Source: Rhynchobatus australiae (Eukaryota). Taken from it: a DNA stretch of 64,000 nt. Positions 49,400 to 61,330 of the stretch are shown piece after piece (within the stretch, counting starts at the first letter, position 1; each line of letters starts with the position of its first letter). The stretch covers positions 93,367,374-93,431,373 of the forward strand of contig JAUZTB010000076.1 of assembly GCA_034780895.1 (NCBI GenBank), read 5' to 3'. The notes under the pieces are model-generated. The model saw nothing but the letters and a program-made list of their open reading frames with translations. It made no database searches and was not told the DNA's origin. The position numbers were made by a program, and so were the translations under genes.

Positions 49400-51945
49400 A
49401 TTTATCCCAAGATTGAGGCTGCAGTTTGACAAAATCATCAAACCTGCTGACAAGGGCATTGTTGTTGTAGTTCAACAAAAGACCCCAGCTCTCAGGCATT
49501 GCTTTATTTTCACAATCCCTTCTGATTGTCACTTTCTGATTCCAAATAATCAGTCCTCAGCAGAGGTCTTAGCTTGATCTCCCTAACTGAATGAATCTTG
49601 AATTGAACATGATGCTGATATCTTCTTACCCTGCTTTTGCTTCTTTGTCCATTTCTTTCTCCAGGAGTCCTCACTCAAGACTGTAGATCCTTTCTCCCAT
49701 CTCCAGAATTCCCAATCTAAATGGATCCTTCCAACAACCTCTTACCCTCTCAATATTATCTGTCGCTAACTGCCGACATGACATTGATCCTCTCAATCTT
49801 TTCCACAGCTTTACTCACCCATGATCCTCAGAACTTGCAGCACTCTATTTAATAAGGACCAAACCTGACATCTTTATAAAACCAGCTGGCAAGGGTAGTG
49901 CTGTTGTGATTTGTCAAACTGACCTCTACCTTACAGAAGCTCTCAGACACTTCCTCATTTCTCCCACCTGACTGTGACCCTACCATTGAACATCAGACCA
50001 TTTTNNNNNNNNNNNNNNNNNNNNNNNNNNNNNNNACCTCTCCACAGCCTTCAGCCTTATAGCCCTTAACCTTGCACATCCCATTTCTCCTTCCCAAGAT
50101 TCACAATCAGGAGTGCATGCTCTTACCCAGAAAGATTGTTTCTTCCTACCCTGACTGGTTTTTATTTTCACCCCTCATCTAGTCCCTTTCCACTTACATT
50201 CCTGACACCTCCGATGTCCCCCGCCAGTTAAATTCCCAGTTTCCTTATCCCAACAGGTTTATCTTCACTATGGACATCCTATCTCTCTACATCTCCACCC
50301 TTTACCAGAATAATCTGAGGGCCCTGTACTTGAACAGAAGCCCAACTAATCTCATAGAAACAGGACCTAGAGCAGGATTAGGCCATTCAGTCTTTACAGC
50401 CTGCTCTGCCATTCTACATGATCCTCAATCTCAACAGTTTATTTCTGTACTCTTCTTATGTCCTTTGTTGCCAAATTCCATGATGACTTTGTCTAATCTC
50501 ATTAATATTTTCTAAGTGTCCTCTCTCACATCCTTTATTTTAAGGTCTTGGATTTTGCTTGTTACTGATGTTGGATTACCTCCCTCCTTTTTTTTATAAT
50601 ACTGGTGATAAATTTACTTTTCACCATCACTCTCCTTTGCTGAAGGTATTCTTGCATTGAAAAGCTTTTCTAACTCCATTCATTGTCCCCATGTCAATGG
50701 TGTAGCTACAAGAACTTTCATGGACCCANNNNNNNNNNNNNNNNNNNNNNNNNNNNNNNNNNNNNNNNNNCTTCAGTTTTATTTAGACCCTCTCCCTCAG
50801 AACGATATGGAGTCCTTACAGAAAACAAGTTGAAAGGAGGTAATAGTCAAGATAATTGCGAGTCAGTTGGCTTATAATGGAAACTGGTTGCTAATCTTGA
50901 GATGGGGATACAGTGACGACTGGTTCCTGCACTCCTTCGGAACTTGAACATTTTCACTACCTTGCTGTCACATTCACATGGTCCATTTCTGAATCTTCCT
51001 TTCCCTATCTTGATGTCTTTATTCCCCAGGTTCCTCTTATCCTCATCTTTCATATCACCAGCCTCTACATTCAATGAATCATTCTTCTTAATTTCTTCCA
51101 TTTTCAAAGGGATTCCACCACAAAACATCTTCCCATTCCTTCTTCTTTCAGCATTCTGAAGGGTCCATTCCATGGTCCACTCATCCATCTCCACCAACAA
51201 CACCCCTTTTCACAATCACAACAGATGCACCACCTGAGCTTTTATCCCTTCCCTTTCCACTATCCTCAACAGTCCTTCCTGGAGAAACAACAACTCATTT
51301 GCACTTCTTCCATTTTGCTGTATTGCATTCAGTACTCACAATATGATTTCTTCCCTACTGGAGAAATTGAACACAGATTGGATGACCCTGATCTTCTTGT
51401 CACCTGTCACCTTAATTCTCCATCCCACTCCTATTCTCACCTCTCTGTCTTAACCTCCTACATTACTCCAGTCATGCCCAGTGTAAGCACATCATCTTCC
51501 ATCTGGGCACATGACAGCCTTTAGGATTCAATATTGAATTTAACAATAATAACAGAAGATACTCAAAACATACACCAGATCAGAAACAGAGTTAACATTT
51601 CAGGTTTCACTTTCTACAGATGCTATCTGAGACACTGAGTGTTTCCAATTTTTTTTGCTTTTATTTCATATTTCCAACATCTGGGGTTTTTTGATTTTCA
51701 ATTGAATTTAATAATTTCAGGTAACCATTCTTTTTCATTCTACAAAGATGCACCTGTACATCTGCAGCGATGTTTCTCTGCCTTTCTCTTTCAATTCTTC
51801 TACTCCCATCATTTCCCCCTCCCCCGCAACTTAAAACACAGTTGGTTTCTCACTTCTCCAGCTCTTACCAGAAACATCAGCACTGTTTCTCTCCCCATGG
51901 ATGCTGCTTGAATTGCCGAGTGCTTCTAGCTTTCTCAATTTTTGC
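49400..51945 (+). mobile_element. Penelope-like element, degenerate RT, GIY-YIG and terminal repeat
   Basis: KPADKGIVVV (about 49440), IFIKPAGKGSAVVICQTDLYLTEA (about 49870), FTMDILSLYIS (RT motif, 50265), VNGVATRTFMDP (50695), CTSSILLYCIQYSQ..GEIEHRL.D (51300); terminal repeat 51540-51940. An inverted YKPTDS piece lies at about 50850-50910. Confidence 0.8.
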
Positions 51946-54092
51946 CAAGAAATTCATCCCCAGACAGTAATGCTAAACATATTTTATAGGATGCACAACT
52001 GGTTGTATTCTGCCTCCAGTTTATTTCTTTAACCTTGTACTTTTGACTCAGGATAACACTTAGGCAACAATATTTGCCTCTCATTCTTAACTCCATCTCC
52101 ACTCCTCAGCAATCTGTTTCTCCATTTTCTTGTAGTTACATATCATTTGTAATCTTCTGTAGCACTTTACCTATCCTTCCCCCTTAATTATACTAAATAC
52201 AGTAAACATTTTCAGAATTAAGTTTATCTAATAAAGAAATTCATTTGCAGTTAAATGGTCTGAGTCAACCTAAGAAAATGTAAGATGTTATGTGAACACA
52301 AATTGTTTCAATCTTTACTTTCTCAAGTTAAAGCCTAGGCAACAGCCTTGAGCAAGTGATGCAAGTTCAGTTCTATAAACGAGTTCCTTGTCTGGAAGTG
52401 GCTATTCACTCCGATAAGAAAATATTCACTCCAATAAGAAGCAGTGATGACAAATTACTTTATGAATATGACAATTGTCAATTGATACCACTGCTGTTAT
52501 TGTTCAATAATGTATCGGCAAGTATGAGACTTCTGTGTTTGTAGAAGACACTATTGCATCACGAAGGTACAATATACACTCAAAGCCTCCAAACCAATTT
52601 GGATCTGCAAGGTTTCTTACTTTGATTAAACATGACCAAATCCAGTTTCACCATTGGAGGCACACTTGATTAATTGTTGTTCATGTTGGGCCTAGGTTGA
52701 GAACTTAGTTTAACCTGATAGGGAAAAGGTTCCCTCTCTCTATGCCTATACTTGCAAATTAGGATTGGAAACCCCTGATCACAGTTTCTGGAAGGTCCAC
52801 ATAACATTAGAAAAAGAACACTGACCACAATTCGACAATCATCATCTGAAAAAATTAGCTGTCAGATGGGTTGTGTAAAATAAGCTATGTAATTGAATAT
52901 AAGATTAGAAACTTGGTCTTCTGCTTGGGATGTTGATTCAAATGTAGCTCAAATTATAGAATGAAAGTCTTCAGTGTCTGTTGGCCTTTACAAATCTGCA
53001 GAAGATGTGAAGAATAATTTGTAATAGATTTGGCCCAGGTTTCAATTTAACTATTTATTTGACAATCACACAAGATGCAATAGCATATAAATTAGTCACA
53101 GCATAACTGAAGTTAATTTTTAAATTAATATTTGAGTTATTTTTAAACTTGTAGGCTTATTCCAAAACATATTGGTTCTTGGAGTTATGCTGAACTGTGC
53201 ACATAAACTTGGATTGAGTCACTTATGCAGCAGTCAATAATAACTATCATGAGTAAACTGTAATAATGAGGTATTAATACAAGGAAATGTTACAGAGCAC
53301 TTGTTTAGTGAGCAGTTTCTGGGAGATGGAGTCCTGAAGACAGAAATACCAGGTATTCTGACCAGGTGCTGGAATCTTTGAGGGGAATACTCAGGGAGTG
53401 AGAGGTACAGATTATATTGGACTAATTGATATTCCTGCCAGAAGTGCTTGATGTGGCAGGTGTGGGAAGAGATTGTCAAAAGGAACTGCAGGAGCCAGCA
53501 AGATATTACAAAAAAGATGTCAGATCTGAAGAATCTGCTAAGGTAAGCTAATAATGCTTCATTGCATGATAAGCATTGCTACAAATAGAAATGCAAGATT
53601 AACATTTTAATACTTTTATTTTGGAAGAGTGTAAGAAGACAGGGTTGACCATGTGCAAAGCTGTCATAAAAGAACTAGGACAAGGAATGATCTGTTTGAA
53701 AGGGAACACTTCCCATTTGGATATCTGATGTTGTTACAATTAGAAAATGTACATGACAACCCATATGCAGAACAACAATTTTCAAATAGACTTCACATAA
53801 AATATACATTTTCAATTTGTATTTTCTTGTTATGTGTCTCAAACTGCAGTTGCAGCATCATGTTCTGATTACTTTCAGTATTTCTGTAATATTGTTTGAA
53901 AGAGAACTACATGTGGTCCCAAACAATTCAGGATCCCATGATGAAACCATTTTGTAAACAGCAGACCCGGAGTGCGTTGATGGAGTAATGTATGACGAAA
54001 CCAGATACTTTCCATGTGTAGTTTTCATGCCATGTAATTTCTATTTAGTAACACCACAGAAAGCATCATGAATAAAACCAAAGCTTAAACTT

Positions 54093-54200
54093 GGTTAAAT
54101 GTCAGCCGCGGCTTAGTTAGTAACATTCTTACCTACACTTACTGTCGGTTAAATGTCAGCTGTGGCTTAGTTAGTAACATTCTTACCTACATTTACTGTC
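54093..54200 (+). repeat. 54-bp direct tandem duplication abutting the MITE
   Basis: ggttaaatgtcagccgcggcttagttagtaacattcttacctacacttactgtc (54093-54146) is repeated at 54147-54200 with 3 C/T differences. Confidence 0.9.
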
Positions 54201-54610
54201 ATGGTTCTGAGTTCTGGACGTCAATTTGGTTCTGGGAGGCCATAGGGAAAGACGTCTGGCTCGCCAGGAGACTCCTCTCTACTGGAGAGCNNNNNNNNNN
54301 NNNNNNNNNNNNNNNNNNNNNNNNNNNNNNNNNNNNNNNNNNNNNNNNNNNNNNNNNNNNNNNNNNNNNNNNNNNNNNNNNNNNNNNNNNNNNNNNNNNN
54401 NNNNNNNNNNNNNNNNNNNNNNNNNNNNNNNNNNNNNNNNNNNNNNNNNNNNNTGGGAGGCCATAGGGAAAGACGTCTGGCTCGCCAGGAGACTCCTCTC
54501 TACTGGAGAGCCCTTCCCTGTTGGCCAAAGGGGACAAGTGGGGAGAAGATGACATCTTTCCCTATGGCCTCCCAGAACCAAATTGAGGGCCAGAACTCAG
54601 AACCATGACA
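54197..54610. mobile_element. Non-autonomous TIR element (MITE) with 60-bp TIRs, TGT...ACA termini and 5-bp TSD
   Basis: 54197-54256 is the reverse complement of 54551-54610 with 3 mismatches; flanks are tttac (54192-54196) and cttac (54611-54615). Confidence 0.85.
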
Positions 54611-54627
54611 CTTACAATACTTACCAC

Positions 54628-55400
54628 TTAGAGTCATAGAGTGATACAACATGAAAATCACCCCTTTGGCCCAAATGCTTCATGCCAACCAAGATTCCCA
54701 TCTAAGCTACTCCCATATGCCTATGTTTGGTCCATATCCCTCCAAACCTTTCCTATCCATCTTATCCATGTACCTATCCAAGTACCTTTTAAATGTTGTT
54801 AATGTACCTGCCTCAACCAGGTCCTCTGGCAGCTCATTCCATATACTCACCACTCTCTGGGTGAAAAAATTGCCCCTCAGGTTCCTATTAAATCTCTCCT
54901 TTCACCTTAAACCTAGTTCTTGATGACCCTATATATGCCCCTCAGGATTTTATACACCTCTATAAGATGAGCCCTCGTTCTCCTATACTCCAATGAAAAA
55001 AGTCCCAACCTATTCAACCTCTCTCCCTAACTCTGTATATCCAGTCCAGGCAACATCCTCGTGAATCTCTTCTGCACTCTTTCCAGCTTAATGGCATTTT
55101 TCCTACACCACGGTAACCAAAACTGAACATAATATTCCAAATGTGGCCACACCAACATCTTGTACAATTGCAACGTAACATCCCAACTTCCATACTCAGT
55201 GCCCTGACTGATGAAGGCCAGCATGCCAAAACTGTTCTTCACCTTCCTGTCAACCTGCGATGCCACTTTCAGGGAACCATGTACCTATACTCCTTGGTCC
55301 CACTATTCCACAACACTCCCCAGGGCCCTACCATTCACTGTGAAAGTCCTACCTTCATTTGTCTTCCCAAAATGTAACACCTCGCACTTATCTGAATTAA
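54628..55400 (-). mobile_element. CR1 LINE 3' portion
   Basis: QVDRKVKNSFGMLAFISQGTEYGSWDVTLQLYKMLVWPHLEYYVQFWLPWCRKNAIKLERVQKRFTRMLPGL. Confidence 0.9.
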
Positions 55401-58400
55401 ACTTTTGTCCACCAACTTAGCACAGTAACAGACAACTGAAGGACACAGATAGCAAGGCTGAGTAAGACAATGTGTAGTCATAGTTCACATCTGAAGGGTA
55501 GAAAAAGAGTTGCTGCTTAGAGCTTTCATATCACATAGTATCTGCCCAGAAATAATGATTGCTGTCTGACCAGGATCATTTGTATGAGCTATTTCTATCC
55601 ACAAAATATACATTGCAAGTTCTGGAGAACAGTTTGGAGGAATTCACCATCCAGGCATGGATTATTTGTTTGCCTGCAATATGGCTTGCTGTGCAGAGCA
55701 ATGACAATTCTATTGAACTCTGGAGCAGTGCTTTCAACGTTACATGTCATAGACATTGTGGAAGCATTACTCTTGCATGCTTGCCGCCTTTAGAGAGGAT
55801 TTGTTATTTTTATCCACTTGTATTGTCATGAGTTTATCATGATGTTCATTGTAAGAATCTTTATATGATCCTGCAGTAGATGTCTAACTCTTTACATTTG
55901 AAGATGAAAATATTTGAAGCACTGTATAAAAATCTCAATTGGTTATTAAACAATTATATACTTATTATACTTGCATTTTGTTTCCTTCTAGGATTGGCAG
56001 AAGGATATCCTGATCTATTAGCTCCCAGGGGGAAAAATTGCATTTACATCACATTTTTCATAGCCTCATGCCATCCCAAATTGTTTCAAAACCAATAGAA
56101 GTACAGATGTGATGTTGCAAAATAAGGCAGCCAATCCTCAGGTGATAAATCAGCACTCATCCATGTTGAACATTATCTGAGAGATGCTCTGAGNNNNNNN
56201 NNNNNNNNNNNNNNNNNNNNNNNCATCCAAACTGATGAATCAGCACTCATCCATGTTGAACATTATCTGAGAGATGCTCTGAGAAAAGTGAATACACTGG
56301 AAGTGGACTTCAACATCAGTTGCAAAGAGACTCATCAATGCAAAACTGAGAATGCCAATGATATTGTACAACTGGAAAATAAAAGGGAGGTATTTATATT
56401 TTTGTTAACAAGCCATAGTGTAAGTCAGAAGATTGTTAAGTATCATATAGAACTGTGAAATGAAACTGTTGCAAAAATTCAAAATAATTATCATATTATG
56501 GCACAGAGAAAAAAAAATGACTATTTTTCAAAGATGCGTACTAATCCAAATGAGTTCCATTTTGAATGGAGCAGAGGTGTTGTGATGGCTACACTACATT
56601 CATTAGAGATAATATTAAGAGGCAGTAATGTCAGCTTAGATAGCTTAAGAAGGCTCAAAACTGATATAGCCACAGATCTAGTAATATCTATCCAATGATG
56701 ATTAAAGCATTAGAAGGTACTCTGTGGGCTTCTTGTCTGTTTTCAATAGCTATATAGAAACAGATTTAGGTTCTCATCCACATACCTTAGCTAAAATCAA
56801 TCAATATCAGATTTTAAATTATAAATTGAGCCTAGCATCTGCTGAGAGAGCGCCACACATCTTATCTTTTGTATGAAGAAGTATTTACCACCCTCCACTA
56901 ATAAGGAAATATTTGGATGAAATTTGTTTACAGTTGTTCTGTCTGAAAAAATTCCTAATATAAAGTTTTCAGTAAAATCCTAATTAATATATATCAGATG
57001 CAAAAACAAAAACCCAAGCTGAAAATTACTGGAGTAATTGTAGTGCCAGTGATAACTTAAATTTGCTCCCACTCAGATAGCTATCTTGTCCTTTCCACAG
57101 CACTGGATATGGTTAAAAAGATGAAGGCAAGATTTTGAGCAGCTACTGTCAAAGCTGAAAATCTACAAAGAAGAAATTGTTATTGCTCTTTTTTTTGTAT
57201 ACATTATATGACCAGATTCAAAGTTGAGAGAGAGAGAGATATATAAACAGTAATGGCAGTTATATTCCACACTATTGTGGTGTGTGGGTGAATTCCTGGA
57301 GTATAAAATTACTAGGGGCTAAGAATGCCAGGAATTTATCCCAAGCTCTATATTTTTGGAAGTAAGAAAACATGTTAATAGGATTAACATTTATTTTATT
57401 GCTTTGGTTTTCTTTTAGTGGATTATTATACCTCGCCATTTTAAACAGATTTTTTTGTGTCACATTTGGGCAGTCTTGTGTAGAAGAGCATGATCATTGC
57501 ATTAAATGAAAATACATGAAAAATTGATGGAATTACTTTCCTCACATTTAAAACTCTTTGATTCATTTTACCTCTTATTTTGTGTAACACTGTTGTATAA
57601 AGATCTGTAATGTAATATGCATTAAAAGTTTATCAAATACATCAAATGTATTTCAGATCTTGAGTTGTAGTGGCAGTGAAATTGTTGGGAGTCACTGTAA
57701 AATTGATGGAAGATTTAGGAATGCACATTCCACTAAATGTGGAAAACTAGAAGTTGTTGCCAGTGATTCCCTGCTTCTGACAACATGTGCAATGGGATTC
57801 AAGGAACAGCATGGTAAAAGTCATGGCATACAGATATGGACATGAAGAAGAGCAAGTTGTTTTCATCCTCTGGTCTTTCCCAGGCAACTATTTTCTAATC
57901 ACGAGCAAATTTGGCTTTTAAACTCATTCAGCATGACTTGGCAATTAGAAATTTCTTCCTTGAGAATGTTCTGTCTGACATCATAGGACATGTGATATAA
58001 TTTTTTATTAATATTAATTACCCTATTTGCACAGGCACTACCTTTCCCTTACGTGTGCTTTTTAATGTTAATCTATGCAAGGATAGGTTTCTCCACATGT
58101 ATTCATAACAAAGACAGTAACCTTCATTTATATTGTACCACAGACACGAAGTAAAGTGAAAGGTTGATCAAAATTTTAGGTGAGTCTTAGGGAAGATAAT
58201 AAAGGTGAAAAAGAGAGTGAGAATGCACAGTCCTTGGGAAGAAAATTCCAGTGGATGAAAATTGTGAAAGTGTGGCTCCCATAATATCAGGCCTCTACTC
58301 TAATAGGCCAGATTATCTGATCCCTGACACCAGCACTCTTGCTCCCAGGGCCTCATGCCTCCCTCTCACCTGCCCCTGGGTCTCTCACTTCTCTTTCGAC

Positions 58401-58679
58401 CACTCTGTAATCTGTAGCCTCCCTCTTTGCTGCTACTGGCGCTTGTATTCTCTCTACCGATCCAAGACCTATCTGTCCTTATAATAGACCCTGCAAACAG
58501 AAACAATCACATCCCTAGAAAATGGAACAATGATCTGCAGTGCAAGAAGGGATGTATTGAAAAAAAAATGCTAGTTCATGACCGTTAATACACTCCACAA
58601 ATGTGACTTGAATGATCCAGCTGGAGTCAGCAGTTTTGACTTGACTTTAACATTACAAAATTTCATTGTTTATCTACCA

Positions 58680-59230
58680 TCTAGATGTATTATGGCTTGG
58701 TACAGCAACTACTCTGCCCAGGACCACAAGAAACTTCAGAAAGCTGTGGACACAGCCCAGTGCATCATGGACACCAGCCTCCCCTCCTTGGACTCTATCT
58801 TTACCTCTCGTTGTCTTGGTGAAGCAGCCAGCATAATCAAAGACCCCACCCCCCTGGGACATTCTCTCTTCTCTCCTCTTCCATCAGGTGGAAGATACAG
58901 GAGCCTGAGGGCACGTACCACAAGACTTAAGTACAGCTTCTACCCCACTATGATAAGACTATTGAACGGTTCCCTTATACAATGAGATGGTCTATGACCT
59001 CATGATCTACCTTGTTGTGACCTTGCACCTTATTGCACTGCACTTTCTCTGTAGCTGTGACACTTTACTCTGTACTGTTATTATTTTTACCTATACTACA
59101 TCAATGGAGTCTGTACTAACTCAATGTAACGACACTGTGTAATGAATTGACCTGTACGATCGATATGCAAGACAAGTTTTTCACTGTACCTCAGTACAAA
59201 TGACAATAATAAACCAATACCAATACCAAA
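58680..59230 (+). mobile_element. Rex1/Babar LINE 3' end with (CCAATA)n tail
   Basis: CIMAWYSNYSAQDHKKLQKAVDTAQCIMDTSLPSLDSIFTSRCLGEAASIIKDPTPLGHSLFSPLPSGGRYRSLRARTTRLKYSFYPTMIRLLN; tail aataaaccaataccaatacc. Confidence 0.9.
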
Positions 59231-60059
59231 TTTCCAACTGATCTATACTCTGTTGTATTCATACAAGGATCATAAAAATAGTTGCTGTTGCTGGATTAAT
59301 AACAGAGCTAAGAGTGGCAGGACAGAATTGGGAGTAGGGTTCTCAAATGATTGACTGGACATCATTTAAACTGGCGGCTTGACACTGACTGACACCCTCC
59401 TGTCTATCTTGCAGGAAATGGGGACCACAAGCAGAGGCAGGAATAAATAGAGGGGATAAGCATGCCCACACCTCTTAACTCTCATGGTACTAGTAATGTT
59501 GGAATGCCAGTGGCGAGGCTGAAGCCAACATAGATCCACCTTCCTAATCTTCCTTCTCCCCAATCAATCCGTGCTTTCTTCTGATTTGCCAAGCCGCAGA
59601 GAGTAGAAGGTCCACCTCATGCTTCACTCACTCTGTCGCCCTGAACTACTACTCTCCCTTTTTGCCTTTTTCATTTAAGATACCCAAGAGAGCCAGCCTT
59701 TGTCAGACAATGACAAGGTGTCAGAAGAGGGGCTTTTAAGAGGGGCTTGGATGGACACATGAATGAGAGGAAAATGGAGGGAGATGGGCATTCTGTAGGT
59801 AGGAGGGATTAGCTATGTAGGCACAACATTGTGGGCTGAAGGGCCTGTTCTGTGCTGTACTGTTTATTGTTCTACAACAATGATGAAGACAAATTCATTC
59901 AATTGTTGTGTACTCTCCAGCCCAAAATACCAACATTGTAGGTCAATTAAAGGATATCACAGAGGTGTAATCTGATTAGAAGGAGAGCCTGAGGGGGAGG
60001 GGGGTGGTAAGCTGAAGAAAGAGGGATCTGTAAAAGGCCATCAGTGGTTTGAGCGAAGA

Positions 60060-60790
60060 GCACCAGGTAGCTGGTTCGCACACAGGTCCAGCTGCAGGGG
60101 ATGCACCATTGTGGTAGAATGCACCAGAAGGCTGAAGAGTGAGGACACACAAATCACGCATTATGAAATCTACCAAAAAATCTATGCGCATGGAAGAGTA
60201 TTGGTATTGGTATTGGGTTATTATTGTCACTTGCACTGAGGTAGTGAAAAACTTGTCTTGCTTACTGATTGTACAGGCCAATTCATTACACAGTGCATTG
60301 AGGTAGTACAGAGTGCATTGAGGAGTACAGGCCCCCCCTTGACAGATGCCTTTGCACGGTATTTGGAGCCTATTTTTACCATCATGGAAGAGGTGGACAG
60401 GTGCATTCACACACCTGTGACTCCAACCGCAAACGCAGAGTCCAAGGACTGATGTCACAGCTTTCGTCGCCGCACAGTCAAACACTGCCTGGGGACTGCA
60501 GTGGGAGCTCAGATGCTGTCATGCAAGGTCAGCTTGCTGCCATGCAACTCAAACTGCTCTTGTGGATTACAGTGTGCAAGAGGGCTGGCAAAGTGTCACA
60601 GCAGTCTATCAGGCTGTCCTCCAACAGATTACTCGGCTTCCTAGGGCACCACAGCAGGGGAATGGCAGATGCTCCGTGGAACAGCAACCTGCTGTTCTCT
60701 CTCAAGAGGCAGCACTCGTGTTCCAGCTCCTCCTACCCTGTCAGGGCTGCACAGTTGCCTGCCTACCACCCAGCCTTTCCAGTCTGGTGT
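60060..60790 (+). mobile_element. Degenerate coiled-coil ORF of probable Harbinger accessory (Myb-like ORF C-terminal) type, interrupted by a Rex tail (60201-60327, minus)
   Basis: MEE[insert]YRPPLTDAFARYLEPIFTIMEEVDRCI..., DAVMQGQLAAMQ, DYSVQEGWQSVTAVYQAVLQQIT resemble a repeat-borne ORF family recalled from chondrichthyan predicted proteins; multiple frameshifts. Confidence 0.4.
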
Positions 60791-60977
60791 CACTCATGCC
60801 AAGATACTGCTGGAACGGTGAGATACAAAACATTGCAGGTGCTGGAAATCTTCCAGTGTTCTCTTTCGTTTCAGATTNNNNNNNNNNNNNNNNNNNNNNN
60901 NNNNNNNNNNNNNNNNNNNNNNNNNNNNNNNNNNNNNNNNNNNNNNNNNNNNNNNNNNNNNNNNNNNNNNNNNNNNN

Positions 60978-61152
60978 CTCTGTAGCTGTGACACTTTACT
61001 CTGTACTGTTACTGTTTTTACCTGTACTACATCAATGGACTCTGTACTAACTCAAAGTAACAGCACTGTGTAATGAATTGACTTGTACGATTGGTATGCA
61101 AGACAAGTTTTTCACTGTACCTCAGTACAAGTGACAATAATAAACCAATACC
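60978..61152 (+). mobile_element. Rex1/Babar 3' UTR tail
   Basis: Near-identical to 59047-59220. Confidence 0.85.
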
Positions 61153-61181
61153 ATATAGTTGCAGTGCACAAATGTAGTGAA

Positions 61182-61330
61182 ATGGCAAAAGCTGCTAAAT
61201 ATGTCAGTACTGCTGACCATGCAAAGCATAACCCAAGGCAACACAGTCTGACCCAGGAAAATTGTATTGTGCAATCTGCAATGTGATGTTAGATCAGAGT
61301 TTGCAATGTAATGTCTATTTTACATGTGTT
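61182..61330 (+). pseudogene. CGGBP1-like (hAT-transposase-derived) N-terminal zinc-finger fossil
   Basis: MAKAAKYVSTADHAKHNPRQHS, frameshift, DPGKLYCAICNVMLDQ versus recalled CGGBP1 KTALYVTPLDRVTEFGGELHEDGGKLFCTSCNVVLNH. Confidence 0.5.

Noticed and set aside
55597-55660. Minus-strand CLDGEFLQTVLQNLQ resembling the CNBD A-helix
   Set aside because: A stop follows within a few codons; no PGDYII/MYFI/FG motifs and no splice signals.
57272-57463. Minus ORF with YRAWDKFLAFL resembling the HCN pre-S1/S1 region
   Set aside because: Weak similarity and an early stop; the intervening S2-S6 and C-linker exons are absent between it and the CNBD exon.
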